Below are positions 1 to 9,398 of a DNA stretch of 64,000 nucleotides, piece after piece. The stretch's first letter is position 1; each line of letters starts with the position of its first letter. The notes beneath the pieces are model-generated. The model saw only the letters and a program-made list of their open reading frames with translations, was not told where the DNA came from and did not search any database. The stretch spans positions 198 to 64,197 of the forward strand of contig CALWWP010000020.1 in NCBI GenBank assembly GCA_944385275.1, read 5' to 3'. Source of the DNA: an uncultured Oscillospiraceae bacterium (GTDB lineage Bacteria; Bacillota; Clostridia; Oscillospirales; Oscillospiraceae). The translations under genes and the position numbers were made by a program.

Positions 1-218
1 ATGCTCCCGTCAACAGGTTCTTTCAACGAAAGCACTATCGAATCGCCTTCAACTACGAATTCCTCTACTTTTTCTTGCTCAAAAAGCCGTCTCAGCTCGG
101 AATATTTGATCGGCTCAGTTTGATTTTGGGAAAACAGCATAAAAATAGTCGCCATCAAAATTATAAATATGAGAGCAAAAAATCCAAAATCTCTTGGCCT
201 GTTTTTCTTATCTTTCAA
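1..218 (-). CDS. ftsH: ATP-dependent zinc metalloprotease FtsH, N-terminal fragment (continues beyond window edge)
   Basis: Reverse frame is open from 218 to position 1. TTG start at 218 overlaps the hpt TGA stop (TTGA) and follows a GGAAGTGG SD-like run. Translation KDKKNRPRDFGFFALIFIILMATIFMLF..IKYSELRRLFEQEKVEEFVV has a basic N-terminus, a TM helix and an FtsH-like extracellular start. It fits the tilS-hpt-ftsH order of Firmicutes. Absent from the ORF track because the window truncates it. Confidence 0.7.
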   Translation of the reverse strand, partial: MKDKKNRPRDFGFFALIFIILMATIFMLFSQNQTEPIKYSELRRLFEQEKVEEFVVEGDSIVLSLKEPVDGS

Positions 219-787
219 TTGACATCCACTTCCTTTTTATCGTTGTATATCTCCGGCTTAAGCACGCCGATATACGGAAGATTTCTATACCGTTCAGCAT
301 AATCAAGACCGTATCCAACGACAAAATCGTCGGGCACTTCAAAGCCGAAATAATCCGCATGCACTTCCGTTTTACGCCTTGCGGGCTTATCTAAAAGGAC
401 GCATATCCTTATTGAACTCGGAGCTTTGGACTTAAGATAATCCACTAAATAGCTCATAGTATATCCGCTGTCGAGAATATCTTCAACTATAATTATATCC
501 CTTTGTTCAACGTCTTTTTCAATATCTTTTGTTATCCGCACTGAACCAGACGTAGCAGAGGCGTTGCCGTAAGATGAAAGTCCAATAAAATCCATAGTAC
601 AGTCTAGGTCTACGCTCCGGACGAGATCCGATAGGAAAATAACAGAGCCCTTCAGTACCCCTAAGAAAATCGGTTCTTTCCCTCTGTAGTCATTATTGAT
701 ATCGCGCGCCAATTCGGCTATTCTTTTTTCCAATTCTTGTTTTGAAACCAAAATGCGCTCTAAATCTTTATGCATCGCATTTGCCAC
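215..787 (-). CDS. hpt: hypoxanthine phosphoribosyltransferase
   Basis: 190-aa ORF with PRPP-binding loop IIIVEDILDSGYT and a purine PRTase-like sequence throughout. Sits in tilS-hpt-ftsH synteny. Confidence 0.9.
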   Translation of the reverse strand: MANAMHKDLERILVSKQELEKRIAELARDINNDYRGKEPIFLGVLKGSVIFLSDLVRSVDLDCTMDFIGLSSYGNASATSGSVRITKDIEKDVEQRDIIIVEDILDSGYTMSYLVDYLKSKAPSSIRICVLLDKPARRKTEVHADYFGFEVPDDFVVGYGLDYAERYRNLPYIGVLKPEIYNDKKEVDVN

Positions 788-2138
788 CTGAAATATTTTT
801 TATCGATATTTTTATTACATTATCGCCTTTTTGAGCCAAGGCGCGCTTATCGGCGCCTAAACCGTATACCGCAAGCACTCCGTTATCATCGGCCAGCACT
901 GGTATAGTATCTCGCTGCCACCGGGGCACTTTGCGATTTATCAGCTCTTTTTTCAGAGATTTTTTACCCGCAAATCCCGGCGGAGACCAAAAATCTCCGC
1001 TTTTGCGCGGTCTAACCGATATGTTACCACAAACCATTTCTTTTTTAAAGTAGAAAGTAGTAAAAGTATTATGAACTTTTTCGGCGTTTTCTATCTGCTC
1101 GCAGCAAATTTTTAAATTCAGATCCTCAAGTTCGACACTCTGACCCGGCAAAATAGAAAATTCTTCAAATTTAGGCGGCATCTTCCCGATCTCATTCGAA
1201 AAAACAAGCTCCCCGTATTCCCGCCTTACCGAGCCTCCGCCTAATATCAGCTGCGACGAAGCAGATCCGTCATATGCAAGTTTCAAAATATCCTGAACAT
1301 GCCTGTATGATACGTCCACAGAAAGGTGCATCAATATCTGTCTTACCATACGCGACGCGATCGGAAGCTTTTGAGAAATAAGCTCCGACGCCTTGATGCG
1401 CACTTCATGTTCGCCCAGCCGGCCATTTAAAAATTGCGCTGCCATTTCTTCGAGCAATTCATTGTCTTCGCGTGCAAGTATCGTAAACTCCGCCGCCGTA
1501 TTGGTAAACGACGGATTGATTTTTTTCAGCCTAGGCATAATATTATGCCGTATATAATTTCTCACATACAGATCGGTATTGTTAGTAGAGTCCGTCACGA
1601 AGCTCTCGCCATGTGATCTGAGATATTCTTCAATATCGCAGCGCGGGACATATAGAAGCGGCCTGATGAGTCTCCCTCTCACAGGCGGTATTCCCGATGC
1701 CCCTGAAAGCCCTGTCCCTCTTACTAAATTCAGTAAAAGCGTTTCAGCATTGTCATCTGCATTATGAGCTGTGGCGATATAGTTTGCATTCAGCTCTTCT
1801 GCAAGCCTGTACAGCCATCTATAACGCAGCTCTCTTGCCGCCATTTCTGTACTCATCCTGTGCTTTTGAGCATATCCGGCCACATCGCATCTCTCCGAAT
1901 AAAAAGGGACTCCCATGCGTGTGCATAAAGCGCGGACAAACTCTTCGTCGCGGTCTGCCTCCTCACCTCGCAGCATGTGATTGAAGTGCGCAGCGGTGAT
2001 AGACAAGCCGTTTGAGTATTCCCCGCGCAACATCGCATGCAGCAGGCATACAGAATCCGCCCCTCCGGAAACGGCGCATATGACCGTTCCGCTCAGCTCA
2101 AGTCCGTAGCGGTCAAAAAATTCCTTGATTTCTTTCAA
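768..2138 (-). CDS. tilS: tRNA(Ile)-lysidine synthase
   Basis: 456-aa ORF with the N-terminal PP-loop motif AVSGGADS and a TilS-like substrate-binding C-terminal region. Its 3' end overlaps the hpt start by 20 nt. Confidence 0.9.
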   Translation of the reverse strand: MKEIKEFFDRYGLELSGTVICAVSGGADSVCLLHAMLRGEYSNGLSITAAHFNHMLRGEEADRDEEFVRALCTRMGVPFYSERCDVAGYAQKHRMSTEMAARELRYRWLYRLAEELNANYIATAHNADDNAETLLLNLVRGTGLSGASGIPPVRGRLIRPLLYVPRCDIEEYLRSHGESFVTDSTNNTDLYVRNYIRHNIMPRLKKINPSFTNTAAEFTILAREDNELLEEMAAQFLNGRLGEHEVRIKASELISQKLPIASRMVRQILMHLSVDVSYRHVQDILKLAYDGSASSQLILGGGSVRREYGELVFSNEIGKMPPKFEEFSILPGQSVELEDLNLKICCEQIENAEKVHNTFTTFYFKKEMVCGNISVRPRKSGDFWSPPGFAGKKSLKKELINRKVPRWQRDTIPVLADDNGVLAVYGLGADKRALAQKGDNVIKISIKNISGGKCDA

Positions 2139-2157
2139 TGTCTTCCCTCTTTAGAAA

Positions 2158-3504
2158 TCAGTCTTCATCATACCGCCATTCCGCAGAAGAAAAAGCGGTG
2201 TATTCCGGCAACCACTGAAGCTCAACAGTACCAGTGCTTCCGTGTCTGTTCTTCAAGACTATGCATTCTGCAGTATTATGAGTATCTGCAGCCTCTTTTT
2301 CAAAGTATTCCTCACGGTAAAGCGCCAATACTATATCTGCATCCTGCTCCAAAGCGCCTGATTCACGCAGGTCGGACAGCACAGGCCGTTTATTTTGTCT
2401 CAACACATTTGCTCTGGACAGCTGCGAAAGGCATATGACCGGAACATTCAGCTCCTTTGCCATTATCTTCAGCATACGCGAAATATCGCTGACTACCTGC
2501 ACCCTGCTTTCCGAGGCGTGAGATCTGCCCCCCGAACCCTGCATGAGCTGCAGATAATCTATTATTACTAATCCAAGATCTTCTATTCTGCGGCACTGCG
2601 CATTCATCTCTGCCACTGTCATAGCAGAGTTGTCGTCGATGCGTATGTCAGTCTTGCTTATCGACGCAGACGCCGCGGCAATTTTCCTCCAGTCCTCCTG
2701 ACTGAGCCTTCCGGTCAGTAGCTTCCCGTTTTCCACAAATGCCTCCGATGAAAGGAGACGCATGACCAGCTGCTCCCGAGACATCTCAAGCGAAAAAACC
2801 GCTATGGTTTTGCCTGATGATTTGCCGACGTTCAAAGCGATATTAAGCGCAAAGCTCGTCTTGCCCATTCCGGGACGAGATGCCATGAGAATGAGATCCG
2901 ACTTGTTCAGGCCCATGATCAAATTGTCAAGATCGGAAAAACCTGTAGACAGGCCAGGGATGCTCCCTCCATTTTTATAAAGCTCTCCCAGGCGCTTGTA
3001 TACGTCTCCGACTACTGCGGAGATGGGCACCAACCCGCCTATGGTCCTGCCCTGCCTTAAAGCGTATATTTTCCTTTCGGCAGCTTCCAATATACCAGCG
3101 GCTTCCTGTTCATTTGAGTAGACCATCTCATGGATCTCTTCAGAAGTCTGAAGTATATTCCTCAGCAATGCGTTGTTGCGCACGATCTCGGCATATTTTA
3201 CGGCATTTGATGACGTTGGCGTTATCTTCATCAGATCCATAAGATATGCCGGCGTCGATTCCTCGTTGAAGTCGCCCGCTGTCTTCATCTGTTCCAGTAC
3301 CGTCACGGCGTCAATAGCCTGAGAGTAATTGAACATCGAATAGATGACTTCAAATATTTTCCGGTTTATATCCGTATAGAAATCATCAGGTTTCAATACG
3401 GTGATGATTTCGGCTACGCACTGCGGATCAATAAGCATGGCTCCCAGAACTGCCTGCTCTGCCTCCAAACTATGAGGCGCCTGCCTATTTAAAAGCTCGT
3501 CCAT
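2158..3504 (-). CDS. dnaB: replicative DNA helicase (DnaB family)
   Basis: 448-aa ORF. DnaB N-terminal domain (PHSLEAEQAVLGAML), Walker A PGMGKTS, Walker B-like VIIDYLQLM, and RecA-like C-terminal domain. Confidence 0.93.
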   Translation of the reverse strand: MDELLNRQAPHSLEAEQAVLGAMLIDPQCVAEIITVLKPDDFYTDINRKIFEVIYSMFNYSQAIDAVTVLEQMKTAGDFNEESTPAYLMDLMKITPTSSNAVKYAEIVRNNALLRNILQTSEEIHEMVYSNEQEAAGILEAAERKIYALRQGRTIGGLVPISAVVGDVYKRLGELYKNGGSIPGLSTGFSDLDNLIMGLNKSDLILMASRPGMGKTSFALNIALNVGKSSGKTIAVFSLEMSREQLVMRLLSSEAFVENGKLLTGRLSQEDWRKIAAASASISKTDIRIDDNSAMTVAEMNAQCRRIEDLGLVIIDYLQLMQGSGGRSHASESRVQVVSDISRMLKIMAKELNVPVICLSQLSRANVLRQNKRPVLSDLRESGALEQDADIVLALYREEYFEKEAADTHNTAECIVLKNRHGSTGTVELQWLPEYTAFSSAEWRYDED

Positions 3505-3525
3505 ATTTGTATTCCCTATCGTATA

Positions 3526-3972
3526 TTATTCTTCTTTAACTACTACATGTATCGTACTCGTTATCTCATATCCAAGTTTGCACTTTACTTCATATGTGCC
3601 AAAAGCTTTGATAGGTTCGCTTTGTACAATCCGGTTTTTCTCTATATCTATTTGAAATTGTTCCTTAAGCGCTTCTGCTATCTCTTTGGATGTAACTGAT
3701 CCAAATAACTTACCAGCATTTCCAGCCTTTGCAGATATTTTAACTACACATTTGCTGAGCTTTTCAGCTGTATCGCGCGCTTCCTGCTTTTCTTTTTCAA
3801 TCTGCGCCGCTTTCGCTTTTTCCTTGAGCTTAAATGCATTTAAATTGTCAGTTGTCGCCTGGACGGCAAGTTTTCTCGGAAGCAGATAGTTTCTTGCATA
3901 TCCATCCGATACCTCTACCATCTCTCCCTTCTTACCCTGGCCTTTTACGTCCTGCTGAAGTATAACTTTCAT
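3526..3972 (-). CDS. rplI: 50S ribosomal protein L9
   Basis: 148-aa ORF starting MKVILQQDVKGQGKKGEMVEVSDGYARNYLLP, a typical L9 N-domain. The rplI-dnaB adjacency is conserved. Confidence 0.95.
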   Translation of the reverse strand: MKVILQQDVKGQGKKGEMVEVSDGYARNYLLPRKLAVQATTDNLNAFKLKEKAKAAQIEKEKQEARDTAEKLSKCVVKISAKAGNAGKLFGSVTSKEIAEALKEQFQIDIEKNRIVQSEPIKAFGTYEVKCKLGYEITSTIHVVVKEE

Positions 3973-3989
3973 TTTAAATACCTCCGAAT

Positions 3990-5987
3990 CTACTCTTCTT
4001 CTTCTATATAGGAATCGATCGCATTGAGCAGTGCTGCAAGCACTTCCTTGTAAGTTTTATTCTGCAGCTGCGCTCCGGCTGTGGCCTGATTGCCGCCGCC
4101 TCCAAGCTTTTCCAAAACTAGCTGGACATTTATATGTCCTATAGAGCGGGCAGAAATATTTATCGAATTTTTCTCGTGAAAGACGACAAACGACGCGCTT
4201 ATTCCCGCTATATTGAGCAGCTCGTCTGCCGCCTGAGCGGCCACGATGCGATCCTCCTGCGTATCTACCGCCGCAATAGCTATATCGTCTCTATACACCC
4301 TGGCCTCTTTTACTATGTTATATCTTGCTATAGTACTCGAAAAATCGTTTTGCATCATGCGCTTGACCTCTGCTGTATCAGATCCGGAGCGCCTCAAAAA
4401 TGCCGCTGCTTCAAATGTGCGGCTGCCAGTGCGCATAGTAAAATTCTTTGTATCTAAAACTATACCAGACATGAGTGCTTCGGCTTCGAGCTTCAAAATA
4501 TCAGACTGCTCGACCAAATACTGAAGCATCTCACTGACAAGCTCGCTTGCAGACGAAGCATATGGCTCATGGATATTGAGAGCCGCATCCGAAATGTAGT
4601 CAGACGCCCGTCTGTGATGGTCTATCACCACTACCTTGTTGCACGACATGAGCAATTCCTTTGATTCTACCTGATCCGGGCGGTTGGTATCAACAACCAC
4701 CAGCAGGCTTTTTCCATCGGCTCTAAGCATGGCATCCTGAGATGAAATAAATGTGTCCTCGTATTCCGGCAGGGTTGTGATCCGGTCAACAAGTTCTTTA
4801 GAGGCATTGTTGTCCATATCTATAACAATGTAGCATTTTTTCATTCTCTTTCTAGAGATACATGATATTCCAACAGCTGCGCCTACAGTATCTAGGTCTG
4901 CATACTTGTGCCCCATTACGAATATCTGTGAAGCGTCGCTGATAAGCTCTCCAAAAGCATTGGCCATCACACGGGATTTTACCTTTGTTCCCTTTTCTAA
5001 CGTTTTGGAATGACCTCCATAAAATTCAAAATTAAACTTATTTTTTATTACTGCCTGATCTCCTCCGCGGGAAAGTGCCATATCGGTCGCAAGCTCTGCA
5101 AATCTAAAGGACTCGGCAAGTGTATCTCCGTCTTTGCCTACTCCTATACTGACAGTAGCATGTATCCCGCTTGGATTCACAATATCGTGAACCGTATCCA
5201 ACACGGAAAATTTCTCATTTACGAATTCCGGCAGATAGCGCTCCTCAAATATAAAGATATACTTGTCTCTGTCGTACTTGAACAATATTCCGTTGCAGTC
5301 CTGTGACCAAACTCCTATCTTGTCGTCTATGACAGACATAAGCTGTGATTTCGAGGTGTCTGTCAAGCTCTTGAACAACTCGTCATAATTATCAAGCATG
5401 AGGGTGCTTACGATCGGTCTGGAATCTCCGTACTCACGTCTTATATTCTCATATTCTGTCACATCTGCAAAATACAGTACTCCAAAAAATTCTCTCTGAG
5501 ATTCGTTTTCTTTGCGTACCAAATTGCCGTACACACGGTATTCCCGCTCATGCAATTCCAGCAGATCCGGAGCCATTTTTTTCCCTTCTACAATCCACTT
5601 GTAGTTAAATTCACCTAAAAAATCCTTAAGGTGCATTTCAAAAAAATGTTCTCTATCGCCCGTCATAAACAGGAACTCGTCATTGCTCCACACGAGCTTC
5701 CCGTCTTCCAAGTTGAAAATCACCATAGGAAGAGGGAAATTCACCAATGTATCTTTAGTAGCGGAATTGACGCTGTCAGCCATATCTTCGATATACTCAA
5801 CTATTTGGCTGCGCCGTCTGTTATTAGAAAAGCGCGAATAAATATAAAGTAAGATTATCACTCCTACTTCAGCACACGCAAGCGCTCTGTCAAAAAACAT
5901 AGTGACCGCAGCGAAAACCACCAAAAGTATAAAATACAGTCTCATAGACGGTTGAAATATTCTGGTCAGTTTATTTTTATTGTCCAA
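3990..5987 (-). CDS. gdpP: GdpP/YybT-like membrane DHH-DHHA1 phosphodiesterase (cyclic-di-AMP phosphodiesterase family)
   Basis: 665 aa. Two N-terminal TM helices, a PAS-like and degenerate GGDEF-like middle, DHH motif (VVVIDHHRR) and a glycine-rich DHHA1 motif (LGGGGN). The gdpP-rplI-dnaB order matches Bacillus yybT-rplI-dnaC. Confidence 0.8.
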   Translation of the reverse strand: MDNKNKLTRIFQPSMRLYFILLVVFAAVTMFFDRALACAEVGVIILLYIYSRFSNNRRRSQIVEYIEDMADSVNSATKDTLVNFPLPMVIFNLEDGKLVWSNDEFLFMTGDREHFFEMHLKDFLGEFNYKWIVEGKKMAPDLLELHEREYRVYGNLVRKENESQREFFGVLYFADVTEYENIRREYGDSRPIVSTLMLDNYDELFKSLTDTSKSQLMSVIDDKIGVWSQDCNGILFKYDRDKYIFIFEERYLPEFVNEKFSVLDTVHDIVNPSGIHATVSIGVGKDGDTLAESFRFAELATDMALSRGGDQAVIKNKFNFEFYGGHSKTLEKGTKVKSRVMANAFGELISDASQIFVMGHKYADLDTVGAAVGISCISRKRMKKCYIVIDMDNNASKELVDRITTLPEYEDTFISSQDAMLRADGKSLLVVVDTNRPDQVESKELLMSCNKVVVIDHHRRASDYISDAALNIHEPYASSASELVSEMLQYLVEQSDILKLEAEALMSGIVLDTKNFTMRTGSRTFEAAAFLRRSGSDTAEVKRMMQNDFSSTIARYNIVKEARVYRDDIAIAAVDTQEDRIVAAQAADELLNIAGISASFVVFHEKNSINISARSIGHINVQLVLEKLGGGGNQATAGAQLQNKTYKEVLAALLNAIDSYIEEEE

Positions 5988-6119
5988 GGCGCAACACCTC
6001 CGATTTTGTTATTATACCAAAGATTGCAGAATAGCACAACCTAAAATTCATTGTTTATTCACGCTTTGTTCGGGAATAATAATTTTCTGAAGCAACATCA
6101 CTTTTGGGGAGGAAAAACG

Positions 6120-8402
6120 ATGAAAGCATTGATTTTGGCTGGCGGCAACGGGACTCGGCTGCGCCCTTTAAGTATCGGTCTGCCGAAGCCCATGGTCCGT
6201 CTTCTCGATAGGCCTCTTCTCAGCTATACCCTTGATCTTTTAAAGCGCACTACCGATATCCGAGATATTTGTTTCACACTCCGATATCTTCCATATTCAA
6301 TAATAAACTACTATGGAGACGGCAGTGACCGCGGGCTCCACCTGTCATATCAAATCGAAGAAGAGCCGCTTGGCACAGCCGGATGCATAAAAAATTGCAG
6401 TGACTGGATAGGCGGCGACGACTTTCTCGTAATGAGCGGCGACGGGATATGCGAAATCGATCTGCAGCGCTGTATAGACTTTCACTATAAAAACAGATCC
6501 GAGCTCACCGTGGTAACTCACCGATCGGCAGTACCGCTTGAATACGGCTCCGTACTCTCCGACAGCAGCGGCGCTATCACTGGTTTTCTTGAAAAGCCTT
6601 CGTGGGATAAAGTCGTCACAGACAATATCAATACCGGCATATATATCATATCAAATTCCATACTTCAGCGTATCCCAGATATAACTCCTTGCGATTTTGC
6701 CAAAGATGTTTTTCCAAAACTCCTGGGCAAAATCAGATTCTATTCAGTTGAGGCTGAGGGCAGATGGTATGATATAGGCAGTTGTTCCGCCTACATGGAC
6801 TGTACTCACGACCTCCTTGACAGCACTTCTTTTGATCTTCCCGAACTTCCAGACACGGTTACAGTCAACGAGCCATGTTTTATCAGCAGCAACACCGTTA
6901 TAGGTGAAAATACTGTGCTCGGCCCCTATACCGTCATAGGCAGCGGCAGCCGCATAGGAAAAGGCGCACATATTTCCAACTCTGTTATAGACGGGGCTGA
7001 TATAGGGCGTCTGTGTTTCGTCCGCGGCACTTATGTAGGCAAGAATGCCTGCCTTGGCGAACGCTCCGAAACGGAAGACGGCTGCGTCATAGGAGAAAGC
7101 TGCCTAATAGGGTCCGACACACACATCGACCCAAATATTAAAATTTGGCCCCATAAATGCATACCTTCCGGAAGCCGCATATGCAGTGATATAAAACAGC
7201 GGTTGACCGGTTTGCCGCCTCTCTTTGACGAGAATGGCAGTATTACTGGGAAGCTCGGATCAGATCTAACTCCTGAAACCGCGCTTTCACTTGGCAGAGC
7301 CGTTTCCGGCTTTGGCTCTGTAGGGCTTTGCTTCTGCGGAGGTGAGGCCGCTCAGATATTGGCCGACGCGTTTTCCTGCGGAGTGCGTACTTCCGCAGAT
7401 CTATATCTGTTCGACTCTTCATCTCCCCTTGCCGCCGCGTTTGTTTCCGGATGCCTTGGCCTTCCTCTGACAGCCGCGGTCGAGCAGTTCGGTGGCACTG
7501 TTTCCATACGTTTCTATGGGGAACACGGCGTCCCGGCTCAGCCCGGTATACTTCGCCGTATAGAAACTGCAATGCTGGCTTCAGACTACGATTTTTCTTC
7601 TCCATGTGAAACTCAGCAAATATCGGGTACCCACAGACTGTACTCCGCTATGGCGCCAAAACTGTGCCGTTTTTCAAAGGAAGCAAATGTTTCACTCTCG
7701 GTATCTGCTCCCAGACGCATGGGGCGCACATTGGAAAGCATACTTTCTGATTCGGGCTTTACCATCGCCGCGCCGTCAGAGGGTATTCCTGCCGTTTCGC
7801 TTTCGAACGGCGGTCAGCTAGCTATCCGCACCGAAGACGGAAACAAACTGGATGCTCCAAAGCTTCTGTGCATACTCTCATATCTGGAGTGGACAGCTGG
7901 ATCCGGACGCACCGCAGTATCGTACGACGCTCCTGAGATCTTGGACAAATTGGCAGCCACATGCGGCGGGACTTTGCTGCGTCTGGGAAAAGACAGCGAA
8001 GCTGAAAAACTGTATTCACAGCAGCCGTGGATGTACGACCCCATCCTCGCCGTACTCAGAATAGCCTTCGGTATGTCGGAGCTCGGCTGTACGCTTGACG
8101 CTCTGGCATCTCATATACCCAAGTTCTACTGCAGTGAATCCTCCTACGAATCCTCGAAAAGCAAAGCCGGCCTTCTCAGATCTCTCTCGGACTCCCTGAA
8201 AGACAGACACCCTGAAACAATATCGGGTATAAAAATTTCTGATCCGCGCGGAATGGCTCATATTTATGCCTCCGCCGACGGTTCATCGATAAAAATCGCG
8301 GTTGAAAGCTTCCGTGAGGAGTTTGCGCAGGAACTGTGCAGCGAATTTAAAGAAAAGCTTAACAGTATAGACTCAGATGATCAAAATAGTCCGCCGAAAT
8401 AA
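6120..8402 (+). CDS. sugar-1-phosphate nucleotidyltransferase fused to hexapeptide-repeat and degenerate phosphoglucomutase/phosphomannomutase-like domains
   Basis: The ORF track gives 6051..8402. I place the start at ATG 6120, 7 nt after SD GGGGAGG (6106-6112). The N-terminus LILAGGNGTRLRPLS..LPKPMV is the nucleotidyltransferase signature. The middle has left-handed beta-helix hexapeptide repeats (VIGENTVLGPYTVIGSGSRIGKGAHI..). The C-terminal ~370 aa has PGM/PMM-like architecture but lacks the catalytic motifs. Confidence 0.75.
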   Translation: MKALILAGGNGTRLRPLSIGLPKPMVRLLDRPLLSYTLDLLKRTTDIRDICFTLRYLPYSIINYYGDGSDRGLHLSYQIEEEPLGTAGCIKNCSDWIGGDDFLVMSGDGICEIDLQRCIDFHYKNRSELTVVTHRSAVPLEYGSVLSDSSGAITGFLEKPSWDKVVTDNINTGIYIISNSILQRIPDITPCDFAKDVFPKLLGKIRFYSVEAEGRWYDIGSCSAYMDCTHDLLDSTSFDLPELPDTVTVNEPCFISSNTVIGENTVLGPYTVIGSGSRIGKGAHISNSVIDGADIGRLCFVRGTYVGKNACLGERSETEDGCVIGESCLIGSDTHIDPNIKIWPHKCIPSGSRICSDIKQRLTGLPPLFDENGSITGKLGSDLTPETALSLGRAVSGFGSVGLCFCGGEAAQILADAFSCGVRTSADLYLFDSSSPLAAAFVSGCLGLPLTAAVEQFGGTVSIRFYGEHGVPAQPGILRRIETAMLASDYDFSSPCETQQISGTHRLYSAMAPKLCRFSKEANVSLSVSAPRRMGRTLESILSDSGFTIAAPSEGIPAVSLSNGGQLAIRTEDGNKLDAPKLLCILSYLEWTAGSGRTAVSYDAPEILDKLAATCGGTLLRLGKDSEAEKLYSQQPWMYDPILAVLRIAFGMSELGCTLDALASHIPKFYCSESSYESSKSKAGLLRSLSDSLKDRHPETISGIKISDPRGMAHIYASADGSSIKIAVESFREEFAQELCSEFKEKLNSIDSDDQNSPPK

Positions 8403-8427
8403 TTTAATTTCGGCGGACTATTTTTTT
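8386..8427 (+). terminator. intrinsic terminator after the nucleotidyltransferase fusion gene
   Basis: 15-bp perfect stem ATAGTCCGCCGAAAT / ATTTCGGCGGACTAT spanning the stop codon, followed by a run of 7 T. Confidence 0.85.
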
Positions 8428-8480
8428 AATCCAGCTTTTATGCACAACGTCTAAAATCAACATATTTTCTCAAATTTCTG

Positions 8481-8508
8481 TTGCATTAGCGAATTAATGT
8501 GTTATCAT
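8481..8508 (+). promoter_or_regulatory. sigma-A-type promoter of the ABC transporter operon
   Basis: TTGCAT (8481-8486), 16-nt spacer, TATCAT (8503-8508) preceded by TGT (extended -10). Confidence 0.55.
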
Positions 8509-8553
8509 ATTAACGAATTCAAGCACATTATTTAAATATTGGAGGATATTAAG

Positions 8554-9378
8554 ATGAATCTGAAAAAATTTGCGGCCTTTTCAATGGCTGCTACGTTGTG
8601 CATCACTCTTTTCTCCGGATGCTCTAAAGATGGAGCAGGCTCCGGCGGCAGCGCAAGCGTCGAGTACACTGCCGTATCAACTCAGGCTGACGCTCTTATG
8701 GAGCTTAAAGCCGGCACGGCAGATGTAGCGGTCATAGACTACACAATGGCTAAGACCATGGTAGGTGAAGGCACAGATTATGAGGAATTGACGATAGTAG
8801 ATGGCATAGAGCTCGCTGTTGAAGAATACGGCATTGCCTTCCGCAACGGGAGCAATCTGGTCTCCGCGGTAAACGAAGCCTATGAGGAATTGCTTGAAGA
8901 CGGCACCCTTGCCGCCATCGCAGAAAAATACGATCTTACATATTCCCTGATAACTGATCCGGTTCCGTCCGAAGAATCCGGAACATCCGACGAAGATGAT
9001 CTTGCATATGTAAAGGAAAAAGGTACTCTTATTATCGGAATAACCGAATACGCTCCTATGAACTACTATGATGAGAGCGGAAAGCTTGTCGGTTTTGACA
9101 CGGAATTTGCGGAAGCAGTATGTGAAAAGCTGGGCGTAACTCCGGAATTTGTAGTCATTGACTGGAATACCAAAGTCGTTGAGCTGGCCAGCAAAAATAT
9201 CGACTGCATCTGGAACGGCATGACCATCCTCGATGACCTGAAAGAAAATCTGGATTTCAGCGCCGCATATATGCGCAATAAGCAAGTCCTCGTTGTAAAA
9301 GACGGATTTGACATCAGTATAGTCGCCGAAGCCGGCTCCGCAGGTGAAAACTCGGTCAAAGATCTTATGGCCGAATAA
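8554..9378 (+). CDS. amino-acid ABC transporter substrate-binding lipoprotein (family 3 SBP), circularly permuted domain order
   Basis: ATG 8554 lies 8 nt after GGAGG (8541-8545). Signal peptide with lipobox LFSGC. The C-terminal half of a GlnH/HisJ-type SBP (ALMELKAGTADVAVIDY..EEYGIAFRNGS..GTLAAIAEKYDL) precedes the N-terminal half (GTLIIGITEYAPMNYYDESGKLVGFDTEFAEAV..NIDCIWNGMTI..LDFSAAYMRNKQVLVV). Confidence 0.8.
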   Translation: MNLKKFAAFSMAATLCITLFSGCSKDGAGSGGSASVEYTAVSTQADALMELKAGTADVAVIDYTMAKTMVGEGTDYEELTIVDGIELAVEEYGIAFRNGSNLVSAVNEAYEELLEDGTLAAIAEKYDLTYSLITDPVPSEESGTSDEDDLAYVKEKGTLIIGITEYAPMNYYDESGKLVGFDTEFAEAVCEKLGVTPEFVVIDWNTKVVELASKNIDCIWNGMTILDDLKENLDFSAAYMRNKQVLVVKDGFDISIVAEAGSAGENSVKDLMAE

Positions 9379-9398
9379 GATGTTTCAAGCGTCACACA

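Noticed and set aside
6051-6119. Upstream extensions of track ORFs: 6051 (nucleotidyltransferase), 25457 (GT-C-like), 52464 (iorA), 17152 (rpsG), 25283 (rpoB), 31219 (murA), 27798 (yihY).
   Set aside because: In each case an internal start with a well-spaced SD reproduces the family-typical N-terminus. The extensions add non-conserved residues and sometimes lie upstream of the predicted TSS.
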